Shown: piece by piece, positions 1-14,549 of the stretch | How the letters are laid out: each line of letters opens with the position of its first letter | Numbering within the stretch: position 1 is the first letter of the stretch | Assembly: GCF_009914755.1 (NCBI RefSeq) | Contig: NC_060941.1 | Source of the DNA: the human T2T-CHM13v2.0 reference genome, Homo sapiens | Strand: one strand, 5' to 3' | Length of the DNA: 64,000 nucleotides | Position numbers and translations under genes: made by a program | Notes under the pieces: generated by a model | Seen by the model: the letters and a program-made list of their open reading frames with translations, nothing else | Databases searched by the model: none | What the model was told of the DNA's origin: nothing

Positions 1-137
1 GGTCTCAGTGTCTGTTTGATTCTTCTCAACGTCCTACATGAATATAAAGGGTTGAGGATACAGGCCACAGTATAATTCTTTTGCTGTTTGTTGAATGTTG
101 GCATTAACTGCACCCTCATGCCTCATTTCTCCCCCAG

Positions 138-255
138 ATATAATTTATTATAAATTTGGAAATTCCTCGATGTTGAATGATGAAACAACAATCTCTCAGT
201 TGCTGCTCTTCTCCGGGAGAAAGAGTAGGTCAAGTAGGACTTTATTCCATGTCAG
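138..255 (+). CDS. Candidate internal exon (118 nt) of an unidentified spliced transcript; may be non-coding
   Basis: Pyrimidine tract and acceptor cctcatttctcccccAG at 121-137; donor CAG|GTATGG at 255/256; only one of three frames open (xIIYYKFGNSSMLNDETTISQLLLFSGRKSRSSRTLFHV). Protein not recognised. Confidence 0.3.
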
Positions 256-529
256 GTATGGGCTTGGGTTTCCTGCCAGCTGCCCAGCGGCCACACTCTG
301 GCCCTTGCTGGTCAGAGTAACCACTGCAGGAAACCCGGCAATGGCCCTTTCTGCGGGGCGGTTCATTGTTGTGCTCTTCCCTCCATCCTCACACCCCAGC
401 CCTCTTTCACCACCTTCTCCTCAGTACAAGGAATATTTTAAAAGACGTTAAGCTTGAAATGATTAATCAAACTGCAAGAAGGAGCTCCTGAGAGTCTGGG
501 AAAACACAGAAGAACGACGCTTTCTGCTC

Positions 530-598
530 CATTGAAATGCAAATATGCTAGCCACAGAACCCTTTGCTGGAAAACTTGGAATGATGTATTTCTGGGAA
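530..598 (+). promoter_or_regulatory. SOX-OCT-like composite motif plus STAT (GAS) site in unique sequence
   Basis: CATTGAAATGCAAAT at 530-544 (perfect octamer, one mismatch in the SOX half) and TTCTGGGAA at 590-598. Motif match only. Confidence 0.25.
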
Positions 599-1129
599 GC
601 CTTACTCCCTCCACCTTTCTGCCGCCTTCCCTGGCTGACCACTCGCTTTGGGTTGAGTGCAGTTTTGATGAGTCCGTTTCAAAAAGTCAAAGCTAAAGAT
701 GTTGTCAGTTGAGTGTAAGATAAGTATTGCATAGTACAAGTGTTCATGACAATTCCCCTTGCCAGTGGGTTCCTAAAAGAGTAAAACAAAAAATTATAGA
801 ACCTATAATCTCCTTATATGGAAGCAGAAAGAAAAGAAAGTGTATGTTGCTCAACCCTTTACAATTTTTATTTCTAAGGTTTTTTCCTGAGATTAGCCAA
901 GAAACATATAGAGCACCCAGTGTGTGTCAGCCTCTGTGATAAATGATAGGTGCTTCATGATGAATGGTTAAGGTGTAATTTCTGCTTTTAAGGAACTTGG
1001 CTTTTTCCTTTATTCCAGAAAGAAGCAATCGTTTTTAGCTACGATGATTGTGCAAGTCAAGGGTTAAAGTGATTTCATTTTCCTCTTTGATATTAAAGAT
1101 CCTCAGCCTCCCTGGTTCTCTGTTTTCAG

Positions 1130-1190
1130 CACACATGTTTATTTTCCTCTTATGGGAAACAGTTCTCATCCCTTGCAGAAGCCGAAGTAG
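1130..1190 (+). CDS. Candidate next exon carrying a stop codon (exon to donor at 1208, or terminal exon)
   Basis: Acceptor cctccctggttctctgttttcAG ending 1129; splicing from 255 continues in frame (STHVYFPLMGNSSHPLQKPK) to TAG at 1188-1190; donor GAG|GTAAAT at 1208/1209; AATAAA at 1332 and 1989. Confidence 0.25.
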
Positions 1191-2511
1191 TTATGGAGAA
1201 GAGATGAGGTAAATAGAAATAACTGGGGTGTAGCACCAAGTGGATTGATCTTTCCAGTTCCAGAGTCCTTGAAGGACTGCACGAGTGGGCCGGAGGTGGT
1301 GCTCTAGGTGGGTTGTGTAGTCTCATCTCACAATAAATTGAGGATGTCTCGGGCTCTGCCAGGGCTTGCCATGTGTGCACCTGCATAGGTCTGTCCACAA
1401 GGGCTCCATTTGATGTCTGTGGCAGAACAAAGTCCCAGTTTTTGAGAAGGAGCCTTCATGAAGTTGGGACCGAGGACTGCAGTGCATACGGCTGGCTTTC
1501 CAAACCCTCCAAGACCACAGTCTGCTTGTTTGCACAACATATTGCTGCCGTGTTCATCTAAGGACCTGAGAACAACCAGAGCTCAGGAAAAGCAGCTCTA
1601 TCTTCCTAGAAATGCCTCTCTAAAGACCTCAGAGAGACCTAGTAGAGTAAGAGGATCACCAAGTTGACAAGTCAGTAGGTTTGTCTCTTAGACCATGCCA
1701 GATAAATGACTGCAGTAGGCCTTGCACTGCATAAATAGTTTTCCAGCTGTGTTTTGTGGGTCCTGAGGGGGGAACCTTGATTTTGAAGAGGAGCCAGAGG
1801 TGGTTGAGCTCTTTACCTTGGCCTCCAATAGTAGCTCCTTTAAAGATAAATCTGCCCTTGCCTTATGCATGGGACTATTGTTACTGATGTGTATCAGTTT
1901 AGCTGGGACACTTACAGTTTACCTCTGTTGTCCTGGAGGAACAATTATTGACACCCCTTCTTACTCTCCAAAGTTTTCTGGTTTGGACAATAAATTACAC
2001 AATCACTTTAGTTAGTGATGACCTAGAACAGAAGCCTGTAGGCTGAATCTGACTTGCATGAAATTCCTTGGTCAGCTTAGTGTTTTAAACAAAAGTGAAT
2101 GTGAATGTAAATAGGCAGGACTTGTGCCCTGTCTTTCTCCACAGTTCTCACCATTCCACCATGTCTTGTTTCTACTGCATGCATGTTGGATGACAGCCTT
2201 TGTTGTCTTTTGAATTTGAAACCCTTGGCCCACACAAAAAAAGTTGTTGTGTGGATCTTTTTTTGACCTTGCCTAATTGGCATATTTAATAGCAGGGCTG
2301 GCTGGTTGGAAACATGGAAAGTCTATGGGTGGCACCCCAAACTGTAGGAATAACAGGCGTAGGGTATCACCAAGTGACCATTTTGGATGAGTTCAAAGGT
2401 CTGTGCCTGATGACATTATTTCTAAACAATCTTTCTGTATCTATTTTGAGGCCCCCAGATTTCTGTTATTCTTGTGCAGTGATGAGTTAAGCATATTTTA
2501 AAATTTCTGAT

Positions 2512-3100
2512 GTGTCAGGAATACTTTCAGTGGCAAGTAGTAGAACAACTGCAAGAACAGTGGCTTCATCAGTGGAGATGTTTAATCATCTCATTGAAGA
2601 ACTAGCTGGTGGTGGAACCAAGGTTGACATAGCATAGCAATGATGGTAGTGAGCTGGGTCAGCTTCTCTGGGTGCTGTCTTCTCTTCCTCATGGTCACAA
2701 GATGGCTGCAGCTACACTAGTCATTGGTCCAGAGGGTGGCAACCCAAGCAGAAAAGAAGGGGCAGAGGCTAAGGCTTTGTCTCCTTAATCTAGATAGAAA
2801 GTTCTTTCAGAAGCACATACACCAGACTTCCCCTCCAGGTCTTATTTTTCAGAAATGTGTTTCATGAGATGAGCACCTGCTACAGGAGAAGCTGTGGAGG
2901 TGAGCAGGAGAGGCAGATCCCTCTCCAATAGGGAGAGGGATTGCCATGATTGGTTCATCCCAGGCCTGGCAGAGGAGGCCTCTTCCTTGAGAACAGAACC
3001 CTTTCCCCACATCCTGAACAAAACCAGGTGTTTGACAACAGAGAAGGAGGGTAGAGGTGGCAGTTTGGTGGGTAGAGACTGGCCAAGAACAATGTCTGCC
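2512..3100 (-). mobile_element. Old MaLR LTR (MLT1-type) remnant
   Basis: TGTCAGG...ttcagtggcaagt start, ggtcacaagatggctgcagct and cagacttcccctcca motifs typical of ancient MLT1 LTRs; degraded. Confidence 0.5.
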
Positions 3101-3855
3101 ACACTTGTTACAGGGAGAGATCTTTTTGAAAAATGCTACCTTACTTTCTCCAGGGTCCTGTCACTAAAATCCATTTTTGCCTAATACTTTATGTTAGCAT
3201 TGCAAAGAAATCATCATTTTGATAATTGTTATTACATATTTCTTAAATTATAGATATAGTTTTCATAACACCTTTATAAAATATAGGTGATAAATGAGAT
3301 TTTGTTCATTTCAATGTGGTCACCCAGACCTTATAGAGTAGGTGAGACGTAACCCAGCTGAGTAAAGATAGAGTGTGCTGGTGCAATTCGATGGGGGTAG
3401 ATGTGGGAACTTACATTGCAGCTAGGGTCCTGCTTGCTAAGCAGCATGTGGGAGACCTGGATTGAGAATCATTGTGGGTGTCTAATAAGTCTCTTTTAGT
3501 TGCAAGGACTAGAAAGCACAAATCAAGTCAGACTGAGGGGAAAAAAAACAGGATTTTGTTGTGTGTGTGTTGCATAAGAGCTTTTGTCTGTCTAGATCTA
3601 CAGTTTGAAGAATGTAATCAAAATCTGCCCTTCTTCCCTACTTCCTCTGTGAAGCCTCCATTCTGGGCACCTTGTGGGGTCCCTCTGCAGCTTCAGCCTT
3701 GCATTTTCAGCATTGTCTGGTCCAGGAGAGAGAAAACCTGCTTCCCCCATGTTTCAGAGTCCCAGAATGGAGGCTTATTTGACCTAATTGGACTGGCTTG
3801 AGCCAATCAAAATGGCCAAATGGTATGAAATGACTGACCAGCTTAGTCTAGATCT

Positions 3856-4052
3856 GTAGTTGGCGAACTATGCCATTTTTGCAAATAAAGTTTTATTGGA
3901 ACACAGCCATGCTCATTTGTTGACATATAGTCTATAGCTGGTTTGTGCTACAATGGCAGACTTAAATAGTTACATCAGAGACTGTGTGGCTCACAAAGCC
4001 TAAAATATTTACTTCCTGGCTCTTTATACAAAAGAGTTTGCCAACTGGCCCT
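3856..4052. mobile_element. MER58A-like hAT-Charlie MITE
   Basis: gttggcgaact...aataaagttttattggaacacagccatgctcattt...aaagtttgccaac matches MER58A; terminal inverted repeats; degenerate 8-bp TSD gtctagat/gtctaagt. Confidence 0.8.
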
Positions 4053-4539
4053 GGTCTAAGTCATGTAGTCTACCCTTGGAGAATGGGAAAGGATGAGATG
4101 AAGTCAACTTCTCCCAGAACACGTGGACGAGAGTGGTAACTGTTTCTCCATAAAATTCCCCCAAAGAACACTGGCCTGCCACAAGAAGGGGATGAGGATG
4201 AGCACGTGCTTGACAAGTGTTGTTATGGTATGTATTAGGGGTGGTGACTTAGGGGTAGGGATCCCATGTATTGTGGTTGGCTAGGAGTTTGTTGGGTTCT
4301 CTTCTTTCTGGGGGACCTGGCATGTTTTTAAACCATTGGGAAGATTTGCTTTCTGAATGTGAGAAAGATTTTACTGTGCTGTTGAATTGCTATTTGGGCG
4401 TTGTTTTGAATTTGGGCACTGATTTGGGGGAAGTATTAATATATTGGTGACCTAAAGTAGGTCTAAAAATGAATGACCACAGAGGTATGAAAGACAGGTG
4501 GAGAAGGAAACATGGCTGCATGATACGCAGATAATTGAC

Positions 4540-4955
4540 TGATCACTGTGTCACTCAATGATTGATGAGTTGATCAGTGCTTACCTAGAGGACATTCCTT
4601 AGTGGCTTGACACAGGGACTATATATATAAGGCTTGGTCCTCTTCCATATTTTAAATACTTTGCGTGAAAAGAGAAAAGACATGCTTATTAAACCTGTTG
4701 GATATGACAAATGTACTAGGATGTAACATAAAATTTTATAAATTTCTTGACCAATGGAAATAATAGGTTGAAAAAAGTAGGATAAAATTTATCAAGAATA
4801 AGTATTAAGTCCCATGTTTAGGTAAAACCAACCAACAAACACGTAAACTACTTGTGCAATATGTGCAGGATAGGAGAGCTGGTGTAATGCAGTCCATATG
4901 AAAAGCACCTGTGCTGTTTGGTTGATCACAAATCCAACATGAGTCAGCAGTATAA
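4540..4955 (+). mobile_element. CR1/L3 LINE relic (RT region)
   Basis: Degraded matches to L3 motifs (agtggcttgacacaggg...cttggtcct, gatgacaaa, aacatgagtcagcagt). Confidence 0.5.
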
Positions 4956-5690
4956 AAATTAAAAAAAAATAATGGTGGGGAGAGAGTGGTCTTTCAAAAT
5001 GAGGTGCTGGGTCATTGGGTAACCATATGGAAAAAGAAGACAATCTTGACCTCTAACTCATACATACACAAAATCAGTTCCAGATTTAAATGTAAAATGT
5101 AAAAGCTAAAACAATAAAGCTTTTAGGTAACAACTCAAGAGAACACCTTTATGACCTCAGAGAAGGAAAAGGATTTTTTTTTAAACCAGGGTACAAAAGA
5201 TGTTAATCCTAAAGGAGAAAAGATAAATGGAACTATTTAAAAAGTAAGAACTTTTTAAAAAGAGACTATACAAATGGTGAAAAAGCAGCCAATAGAAGAA
5301 GAAGTTCTCTCAACCGCTCTCTCTTTTTCTCCCTTTCTCTCTCTGTCCACTCCACAAAAATCTATTCACCAGAAAAATAAAAAAAAGTTCTACAAATCAT
5401 TAAGAAAAGGGCAGAGAACCCAATGGAAAAATGGGCAAAAGACTTGATCAGACACTGTGTAAAAGGGAATATCCAAGTGGCCACTCATTATGAGAAAAAG
5501 GGCTCAACTTCATTAGTGAAAAGGAAAATGCAAATCGACCACTATTACACCACCTCCACCAATACTGCTAAAATTAAAGGATTGACAATACTAAGTGTTG
5601 GTGAGAGTGTGAAGAAGCAACATTGATAGTTGGAGTGCAATGCTTTGTACAGTGTTTCATAGTATTAACTAAAGATAATCACATGCATAC

Positions 5691-6541
<851 letters not shown>

Positions 6542-6911
6542 ACACTCTATGGCTTAGCAATTTGATTCCTAGGAATATACCCAACAGGAATGCACACACA
6601 GGCTCACCAAAAGATTATACTAGAATGTTTGCAGCAACATTATTTGTAATAGTCAAAATCTGGAAAACCCAATGCCCATCTATAATGGAATGGATGCAGA
6701 AACTGTGGAATATTCACACAGCAGAATACCGTAGAGCAATTAGATTGGGCAATCTACAACTACAAGTGTGAACAAGTCTCACAAACGTAATGTTAGTGAA
6801 ATAAGCTAGACACAAAACTCTGTATGTGTGTAAACATATCTATTCTGCATGATTCCATTTATATAAAATACAATATAGGCAAAACTAACATAGGTAAAAG
6901 AAGTCATGCTA

Positions 6912-7265
<354 letters not shown>

Positions 7266-7639
7266 GGGGGGATATCCTCGCTGGGAGGATTTGGAGTAAT
7301 TTCTACTTCTCAATCTGGTGCTTATTACATGAGGGTGTTCAGCTTGTGAAAACAAATGAAATGCATTATGGCATATGCACAGTCCGTATGCGTACAATAA
7401 TTTAGCAGGAGGGTACAATTATTGAGCAAAGGTACCATTTAATAGAAAAACTAATGGTACTATGTTCGTGTGCTAGGTATTCTAGGTCATCTCATCAAAG
7501 CCTTGCCACAACTTCATGATGCAGATATTATTCCTGTCAATAGCTGAGCAAAAGGACTCAAGCTATCTTCCAATTATACATAAACCCAAGTACCGATCCT
7601 CAGGCTGCCTTGTGTATCCTCTTAATTATTCTTAAAGAG

Positions 7640-8290
7640 CAGAGGTTGCAAGCTCGGGACCCTTGGATTCCACACTCTAGAAGGTGCATTTTGTTTCCTC
7701 AGGGTTGCCCCAACTAAGTGCTTTAATTTTTAGAAGTTGTTTGCCGCGGCACAGTGGCTCACACCTGTAATCCCAATACTTTGGGAGGCTGAGGTGGGCA
7801 GATCACGAGGTCAGGAGATCGAGACCATCCTGGCCAACATGGTGAAACCCCGTCTCTACTAAAAATACAAAAATTAGCTGGGCGTGGTGGCCTGTGCCTG
7901 TAATCCCAGCTACTCAGGAGTCTGAGCCAGGAGAATCACTTGAACCCGGGAGGTGGAGGTTGCAGTGAGCTGAGATCGGCCACTGCACTCCAGCCTAGTG
8001 ACAGAGTGTGAAACTCCATCTCAAAAAAAAAAAAAAAAAAAAAGAAGTTGGTTGCTACGTAGTTTCATACACAAATCAGATTTTCGTTATCTCTTGAAAC
8101 ATTGGAAGATCTGGCAAAGCTGGTTCTTTTCCAAGGTTAACAACAAATGGAGCTGACTCGCAGTTACTTGCTTCCTTTGCATCTGCTGTCCAGTTCTCCA
8201 CAGTCCTGCCCCTCCCCGCTCCATCTCAGGCGGCTTCACTGGTTTATGTCCCCTGCCTGGCCCTGTAGGCTTGCCATCTGTGATTTGGAG
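7640..8290. mobile_element. hAT-Charlie element (MER102-like), split by an Alu
   Basis: cagaggttgcaa start; tctcttgaaacattggaagatctggcaa and cctgcctggccctgtaggc motifs. Confidence 0.5.
7743..8043 (+). mobile_element. Alu (AluSc-like)
   Basis: Dimeric Alu, gatcacgaggtcaggagatcgagaccatcctggcc; TSD agaagttg(t/g)ttg. Confidence 0.96.
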
Positions 8291-8649
8291 CTGCCAAAGT
8301 TGCTTTCAGAAAATCTTCTTACTCTTTACCTTTTTGAATTGAATCCCTGATTGATGGCGTAGGGTTTTCTCTTCCCATCTTTTCCAATGCCATGAGTTCC
8401 GCCGTTGTTCATACTTACAGCTCATTCTATGGTATTGATCCCTGTTATACCCAGCTAATTTTCCACATACATCAATTTGATATTTATAAAATACATTATT
8501 CACTAGTGTATGTAGAAATAGACTGACGGTTGTGCTGGGAAGGGGTTATCAATTTCATCGGTTTGCGATTTGGATAAAGCAGTCATTGGAGGATCCCCAT
8601 TTTCTCTGTTTTCAACAAATCCTTTCTCCCTCTCCCATTACTGATGTAT

Positions 8650-9510
8650 TATGAATTTAACAGATATTTACTGAATGGCAGGCCCTGTTCCAGGCAAAGG
8701 GATATAGCAGTGAAAAGTCTGTAGTCTTTGCTCACTTTGAACAACAATCTAGCAAGGGCAGACAGGAAATGTATGCATACATACTTACATACATGCATAC
8801 ATATGGTCATGTGGTGAGAAGGTGCTATAAGGAGAATTAAGGGCCAGGCACGGCGGCTCACACCTGCAATCATAGCACTTTGGGAGGCCAAGGCAGGCGG
8901 ATCATCTGAGGTCAGGAGTTCAAGACCAGCCTGGGCAACGTGGCGAAACCCCATCTCTACTAAAAGTATAAAAATTAGCTGGCATGGTGGCGGGCGCCTG
9001 TAGTCCCAGCTACTCAGGAGGCTGAGGCAGGAGAATTACTTGAACCTGGGAGGCAGAGGTTGTAGTGAGCCAAGATCGGGCCACTTCACTCCAGATTGGG
9101 TGACAAGAGCGAGACGCCATCTCAAAAAAAAAAGACAGAGCGATAAGGTGGGTAAGGGATAGAGTGAAGCAGTGTGAAAGAGTAGTGAGAGTGGGGCTGA
9201 TGAAGTAGGAACTGGTCAGAAAGAAGTTATGTGGCTGGCCGGCAAAGCAAGTGTTTATGGCAGAGGTGGTCGTAAGTGCAAACGGCCTGGGGCAGCAAAG
9301 GCCTCATGTGGGAGGGACAGGAAGGGGGCCAGTGTGGCTGGGGCAGAAGCAGCAGGGGGAGCAGTGGGAAGGGAGGTCCCAGAGAATAGAGAGGCTTGGG
9401 AGGAGCAGGGTCTAATCATGTGTGGTCTTGTCACACCAGAGCAGAGGCTTTGAAATTTCTGTTCAGTATATCGGGACCCACGGAAGGGATTTGATTAGGG
9501 AAATGATGCC
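8650..9510 (-). mobile_element. L2 3' fragment split by an Alu
   Basis: aacagatatttactgaat...ctgttccaggcaaagggatatagcagtgaa and aaggggggccagtgtggctgg-type L2 motifs. Confidence 0.75.
8842..9133 (+). mobile_element. AluS
   Basis: Dimeric Alu with A tail; the pre-insertion site is preserved in the copy at 43051-43200. Confidence 0.96.
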
Positions 9511-9654
9511 CAGTCTTCTGATCCTCATACTTGGTCCTTTCCTCTTTCTTTCCATGTCTGGGGCAGACCAGGAAGTCTTTTTCCCCATGGAAGGCTCTTA
9601 AGACCTAAAAGGTTGCTGAGACTTAGAAGTACTCCTATATTTAAAAACAACTCT

Positions 9655-9997
9655 GGCCGGGCCGCGATGGCTCACATCTGTAATCCCAGCACTTTGGGAG
9701 GCTGAGGCGGATAGATCACTTGAGCTCAGGAGTTAGAGACCAGATTGGGCAACATAGTGAGACCTCTGTCTCTACAAGTAATTTAAAAATTAACCGGGTG
9801 GGGCATGGTGGCACACGCCTGTGATCCCAAATACTAAGGAGGCTGATGCAGGAGCATCACTGGAGCTCAGGACTTCCAGGCTGCAGTGAGCCATGATTTG
9901 CACCATTCCACTCCAGCCTGGGCAACAGAGCGAGACTCTGTCTCTAGTCATAATATTGATGATGATGATGATGATAAAAAATAAAAATAAATAAAAA
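9655..9997 (+). mobile_element. AluJ with (GAT)n-containing tail
   Basis: J-type features (gagctcaggag...gggcaacatagtgagacc); TSD aa(a/g)aacaactc. Confidence 0.93.
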
Positions 9998-11602
9998 GAA
10001 CAACTCCAATGTTCTCCTGCAGTTGAAAATATGTCATTTGTAAAATAATAACAATAATTTGTGAACATTTTGCTAAACAAATACGTTTTTCGTCATTTGT
10101 CTTTTTTCGTTGAATATATAAAGAATCAATTCTGCATCTTTTAAAGGTGAATAGTGGCTTAGAAACACTTTTCCTGGTGAGTTGCCAGGAAACCGGAGAG
10201 GGGAGATACTTTGAAGGAGTACCCTGTGAGTGGAATTTTCTAGACAGACCTCACCACCAGCCTCATTAGTCAATAGAGATTCATCTTAGACCCTTATATT
10301 CTCTACTTGTCAATTTTAGTTTACAGTAGTGTGAGTTTCCTGTCTTTCCCCTGTTTTAAAAGGTATTTTAATGAGAAAATGGAAGCAATTTTAAACTGGA
10401 AGGCAGAAGTCTAGTTCTAAAGAAATTTGTCCCTGGAATGTGAACTGAAGAAGGCCTATTAGTATCCATGATGCAGTTGGCAGTTAAAGAGTATAGAGCA
10501 TGAAGCCGCTGAGACAGGGGAAAATTAGGCCTGGGAGAAAAGACCATAATTTTGGAGTAAGGATCACTATGGACTGAAGGTTAATTTTGACAGTAATGGG
10601 ATATCTGGAGCCCAGTTAAGGAAATGAGACTGTAACTAGGTTTAAGAGGAATCAGAACATTACCGCGCATATTTTGATGAGGTTGCTGAAAGAAGGCCAT
10701 GAGAAAAGAGATTTCACCATCAGGTAGTGTGTGGACAGCTTTGAGCTTTAGGTAATTATCCCTGAACAGAGATGCTTGTGCTCCTGAGAGAGAAAATCAC
10801 TGTGTCAGTTGAAGGAACAGGAAGTTTTGAAGATAACAAACCCTCTGGATTTTGTCAATCAAGCCAGGGTGACCAGGGTAGGGTACCCAAGTATCCATGT
10901 GTAAGGGGTCCCAACTGACTACTGATGATTTGAAACAGAAACCCATCTTTAAGTCATAGACTGAAAATAGCTACAAACACAGTGATTAGATAATATAGCC
11001 CTGTTGTCTTGAGATGGTGGGAATTTCTTTCTTCCTCTCTTTCTTTTTCCATCTCTTCAACAAATATTTACTGAGTGTCTGTGATTTGACAAGCACTAAG
11101 TTGGGACATGTAAACAAATAATTAAAATAATTGCAGACAAGTGTGATAACAGGGGTCTTAACAGAATGCCCTGGGAACATTTACCACTTACATTTACCGT
11201 TTATTTATACTTAGTGCCTTGTGAATGTGTACACAAAAAGTAATTCTTTCATAAAATATGAAATCTAGTCTCCTCGTAAGTTCCTTTTGTGCATCTGTTT
11301 CAAATAAAATGGAAGGCTTAGCCTCCTTAGTAAAAGTCCCCTTAGTGTCCAGCACCTGCTGAGTCAGGGAAATGGGATAAGAGTTTTGGCCAAAAGCATC
11401 TGGTTTTAAAAAGGCAGGACCTCAAGCTTTTTACAGCAATGAAAGAAATGACATTGACCATCATGTGAGGTGATATTGTTCTATGGTATTGATAAGACAG
11501 GCCATTCCAACCAACTCTAAGGTGACTTGTCTTTTGGATTTTAGTGGAGGTAATGACCCACAGAAAAATTCACACACTGGTTTTCTTAAAGAGTCCTACT
11601 TC

Positions 11603-11890
11603 GGCCGGGCGCAGTGGCTCATGCCTGTAATCCCAGCACTTTGGGAGGCCAAGGCGGGCTGATCATGGGGTCAAGAGATCGAAACCATCCTGGCCAACAT
11701 GGTGAAACCCCATCTCTACTAAAAACACAAAAATTAGCTCGGCATGGTGGCGCGCGGCTGTAGTCCCAGCTACTCCGGAGGCTGAGGCAGGAAAATCGCT
11801 TGAACCCAGGATGCGGGGGGTTGCAATGAGCCAAGATCACGCCACTGCACTCCAGCCTGGCGACAGAGACTCCATCTCAAAAAAAAAAAA
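11603..11890 (+). mobile_element. Alu (AluSc-like)
   Basis: Dimeric Alu; TSD aa(g/a)agtcctacttc. Confidence 0.96.
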
Positions 11891-12474
11891 GTCCTACTTC
11901 ATTTTGCCTCTGGCTCATGTCTCTTGTTCATAAAGATAGTATGGTGCTCTTTTATTTTTTACTTTTTCCCTATCCCAAATGATTTGTAATGTGATGTCTA
12001 TAAAATGCAGCTCAGACATTCATATGTCTTGATATTAGTACCAAATAATTCCTGACAAATATTGTGGGAAAGAAGAAAGGTGGCAATATGTATTACAAGG
12101 AATGCATCCACACATTCTCTTTCTAAACGATCCAAACAAGATATAAGAATTCAAACAGAACAGCGAGTCAGCAAACTGTAATGCTCACACAGGACAAGGC
12201 ATGTTGCCTCTCATTGTTCTGTTTTATTGACATTTTTCTTGGCTATTCTTATACATTGTCTCTTCTTCATGAACCTTAAAATTGGCTTGTTATACTCCAT
12301 ACAATTCCACAGTGATTCAGATGAGAATTATTTGAGTTTGTATGTTAATTTGGGCAAAATTTAAAATCAGCACAACATGAAGATTTTTGTCCAATAAATG
12401 AAATACCTCTCCACTTATTTAATTCTTCTTTTATGTTCTTTGGTATTATTTTATAGTTTTATACATACAGATTA

Positions 12475-13330
12475 TTTTTTCTTTTTTAAAATTTTACTTT
12501 AAGTTCTGGGATACATGTGCTGAACGTGCAGGTTTGTTACATAGGTATACATGTGCCACGGTGGTTTGCTGTACCTATCAACCCATCGTGTAGGTTTTAA
12601 GCCCCACATGCATTAGGTATTTGTCCTAATACTCTCCCTTTTCTTTCCCCCCACTGTCTGACAGGCCCCAGTGTGTGATGTTCCCCTCCCTGTGTCCATT
12701 TGTTCTCATTGTTCAACTCCCACTTTTGAGTGAGAACATGCAGCGTTTGGTTTTCTGTTCCTGTGTTAGTTTGCTGGGGATGACGGTTTCCAGCTTCATC
12801 CCTGTCCCTGCAAAAGACATGAACGCATCCTTTTTGTGGTTGCATAGTATTCCATAGTGTATATGTGCCACATTTTCTTTATCCAGTCTATCATTGATGG
12901 GCATTTGGGTTGGTTCCAAGTCTTTACTATTGGAAATAGTGCTGCAATAAACATACATGTGCATGTGTCTTTATAGTAGAATGATTTATAATCCTTTGGG
13001 TATATACCCGTAATGAGATTGCTGGGTCAAATGGTATTTCTGGTTCTAGATCCTTGAGGAATCGCCGCACTGTCTTCCACAATGGCTGAACTAATTTACA
13101 CTCCCACCAACAGTGTAAAAGCATTTCTATTTCTCCACATCCTCTCCAGCATCTGTTGTTTCCTGACTTTTTACTGATCGCCATTGCAACTGGAGTGAGA
13201 TGGTATCTCGTTGTGGTTTTGATTTGCATTTCTCTAATTACCAATGATGATGAGCTTTTTTTCATATGTTTGTTGGCCGCATAAATGTCTTCTTTTGAGA
13301 AGTGCCTGTTGATATCCTTTGGCCACTTTT
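12475..13330 (-). mobile_element. 5'-truncated L1PA (L1PA8-like) 3' end
   Basis: Poly-T, then L1PA 3'UTR (ttttaagccccacatgcattagg); ORF2 C-terminal Cys-rich peptide in ORF 12927..13340 ([26 protein letters not shown]). Confidence 0.95.
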
Positions 13331-14549
13331 GGCTATACATGAAGCAGCGGAAGCTAGCATTCCAATTTTATTCTTTTAATGGGAACTTAATTTGATATTT
13401 ATTGTTCTCTGATGGTTATCTTTTATCAGATTAAGATTTTTCTCCTAGTTCATTAAGATTTTTTGTTTTTGGTGACAGCTTTATTGAGAACTATTCACAT
13501 ACCATACTATTTACTTATTTAAAATGCACAATTCAATGGCTTTCTATATAGTCACAGAATTGTGCAACAATCATCACAATCAATTTCAGAACATTTTTAT
13601 TGCCTCAAAAAGAAGCCCTACATCCCTTAGCTATTACCCCCCAGTTCTCCCCCTTCCCTAGGCAACCACTTCTTTCTCTCTCCATTGATTTGTCTATCCT
13701 GGACATTTCATGTAGTGGAATTATATACCATGTGGTCATTTGTGACTGGCTACTTTCACTAATATAATATTTTAAGGTTTATCCATGTTGTAGCATGCAT
13801 CAGTACTTCATTACTTTTTGTGACTGAATACTATTCCATTGTATAAATATACCATATTTTGTGTATTCATTCATCCTTGGACAAACATTTGAGTGGTTTC
13901 TACCTTTTGACTACCATGAATAATATTGCCATGAACATAAGTTTTCATGTAGACATATGTGTTCATTTCTCTTGGATGTAGGAGCAAAGTCACTTGGTTA
14001 TGTTTAATGTTTTGAAGACTATCAGGCTGTTTGCCAAAATGGCTACAGCATTTTCATACACTCCTACCAACAGCGTATGAAGTTTCCAATTTCTCTAAAA
14101 TCTCACTAACATTTGTTATTAGCAGACTTTTTGATTGCAGCCATCCTAGTGAATGTGAAGTAGTGTTTCCTATGGTTTTGATTTGCAATTCTCTAATGAT
14201 GAATGATATCGAGCATGTTTTCATGTGCTGATTGGCCATTTGCATATCTTCTCTGGAGAAATGTCTAGTCAAATCTATTGTCCATTTTTCAATTGGGTTG
14301 TCTTTTTATTATTGATTTGTAAGAGTTCTTTCCATATTCTAGGTACAAGTTGCTTATTAGTTATATGGTTTGCAAATATCTCCCATTCTGTAGGTTGTCT
14401 TTTTACTTTCTTGATAGTGTCCTTTAAAGCATAGACATTTTTAATTTTGATGAAGTCCGATTTATCTATTTTTTTATTTCTTGTGTTTAATGTCATATCG
14501 AAAAGACCATTGCTAAATTCAAGGTCACAAAGATTTATCTATATGTTTG

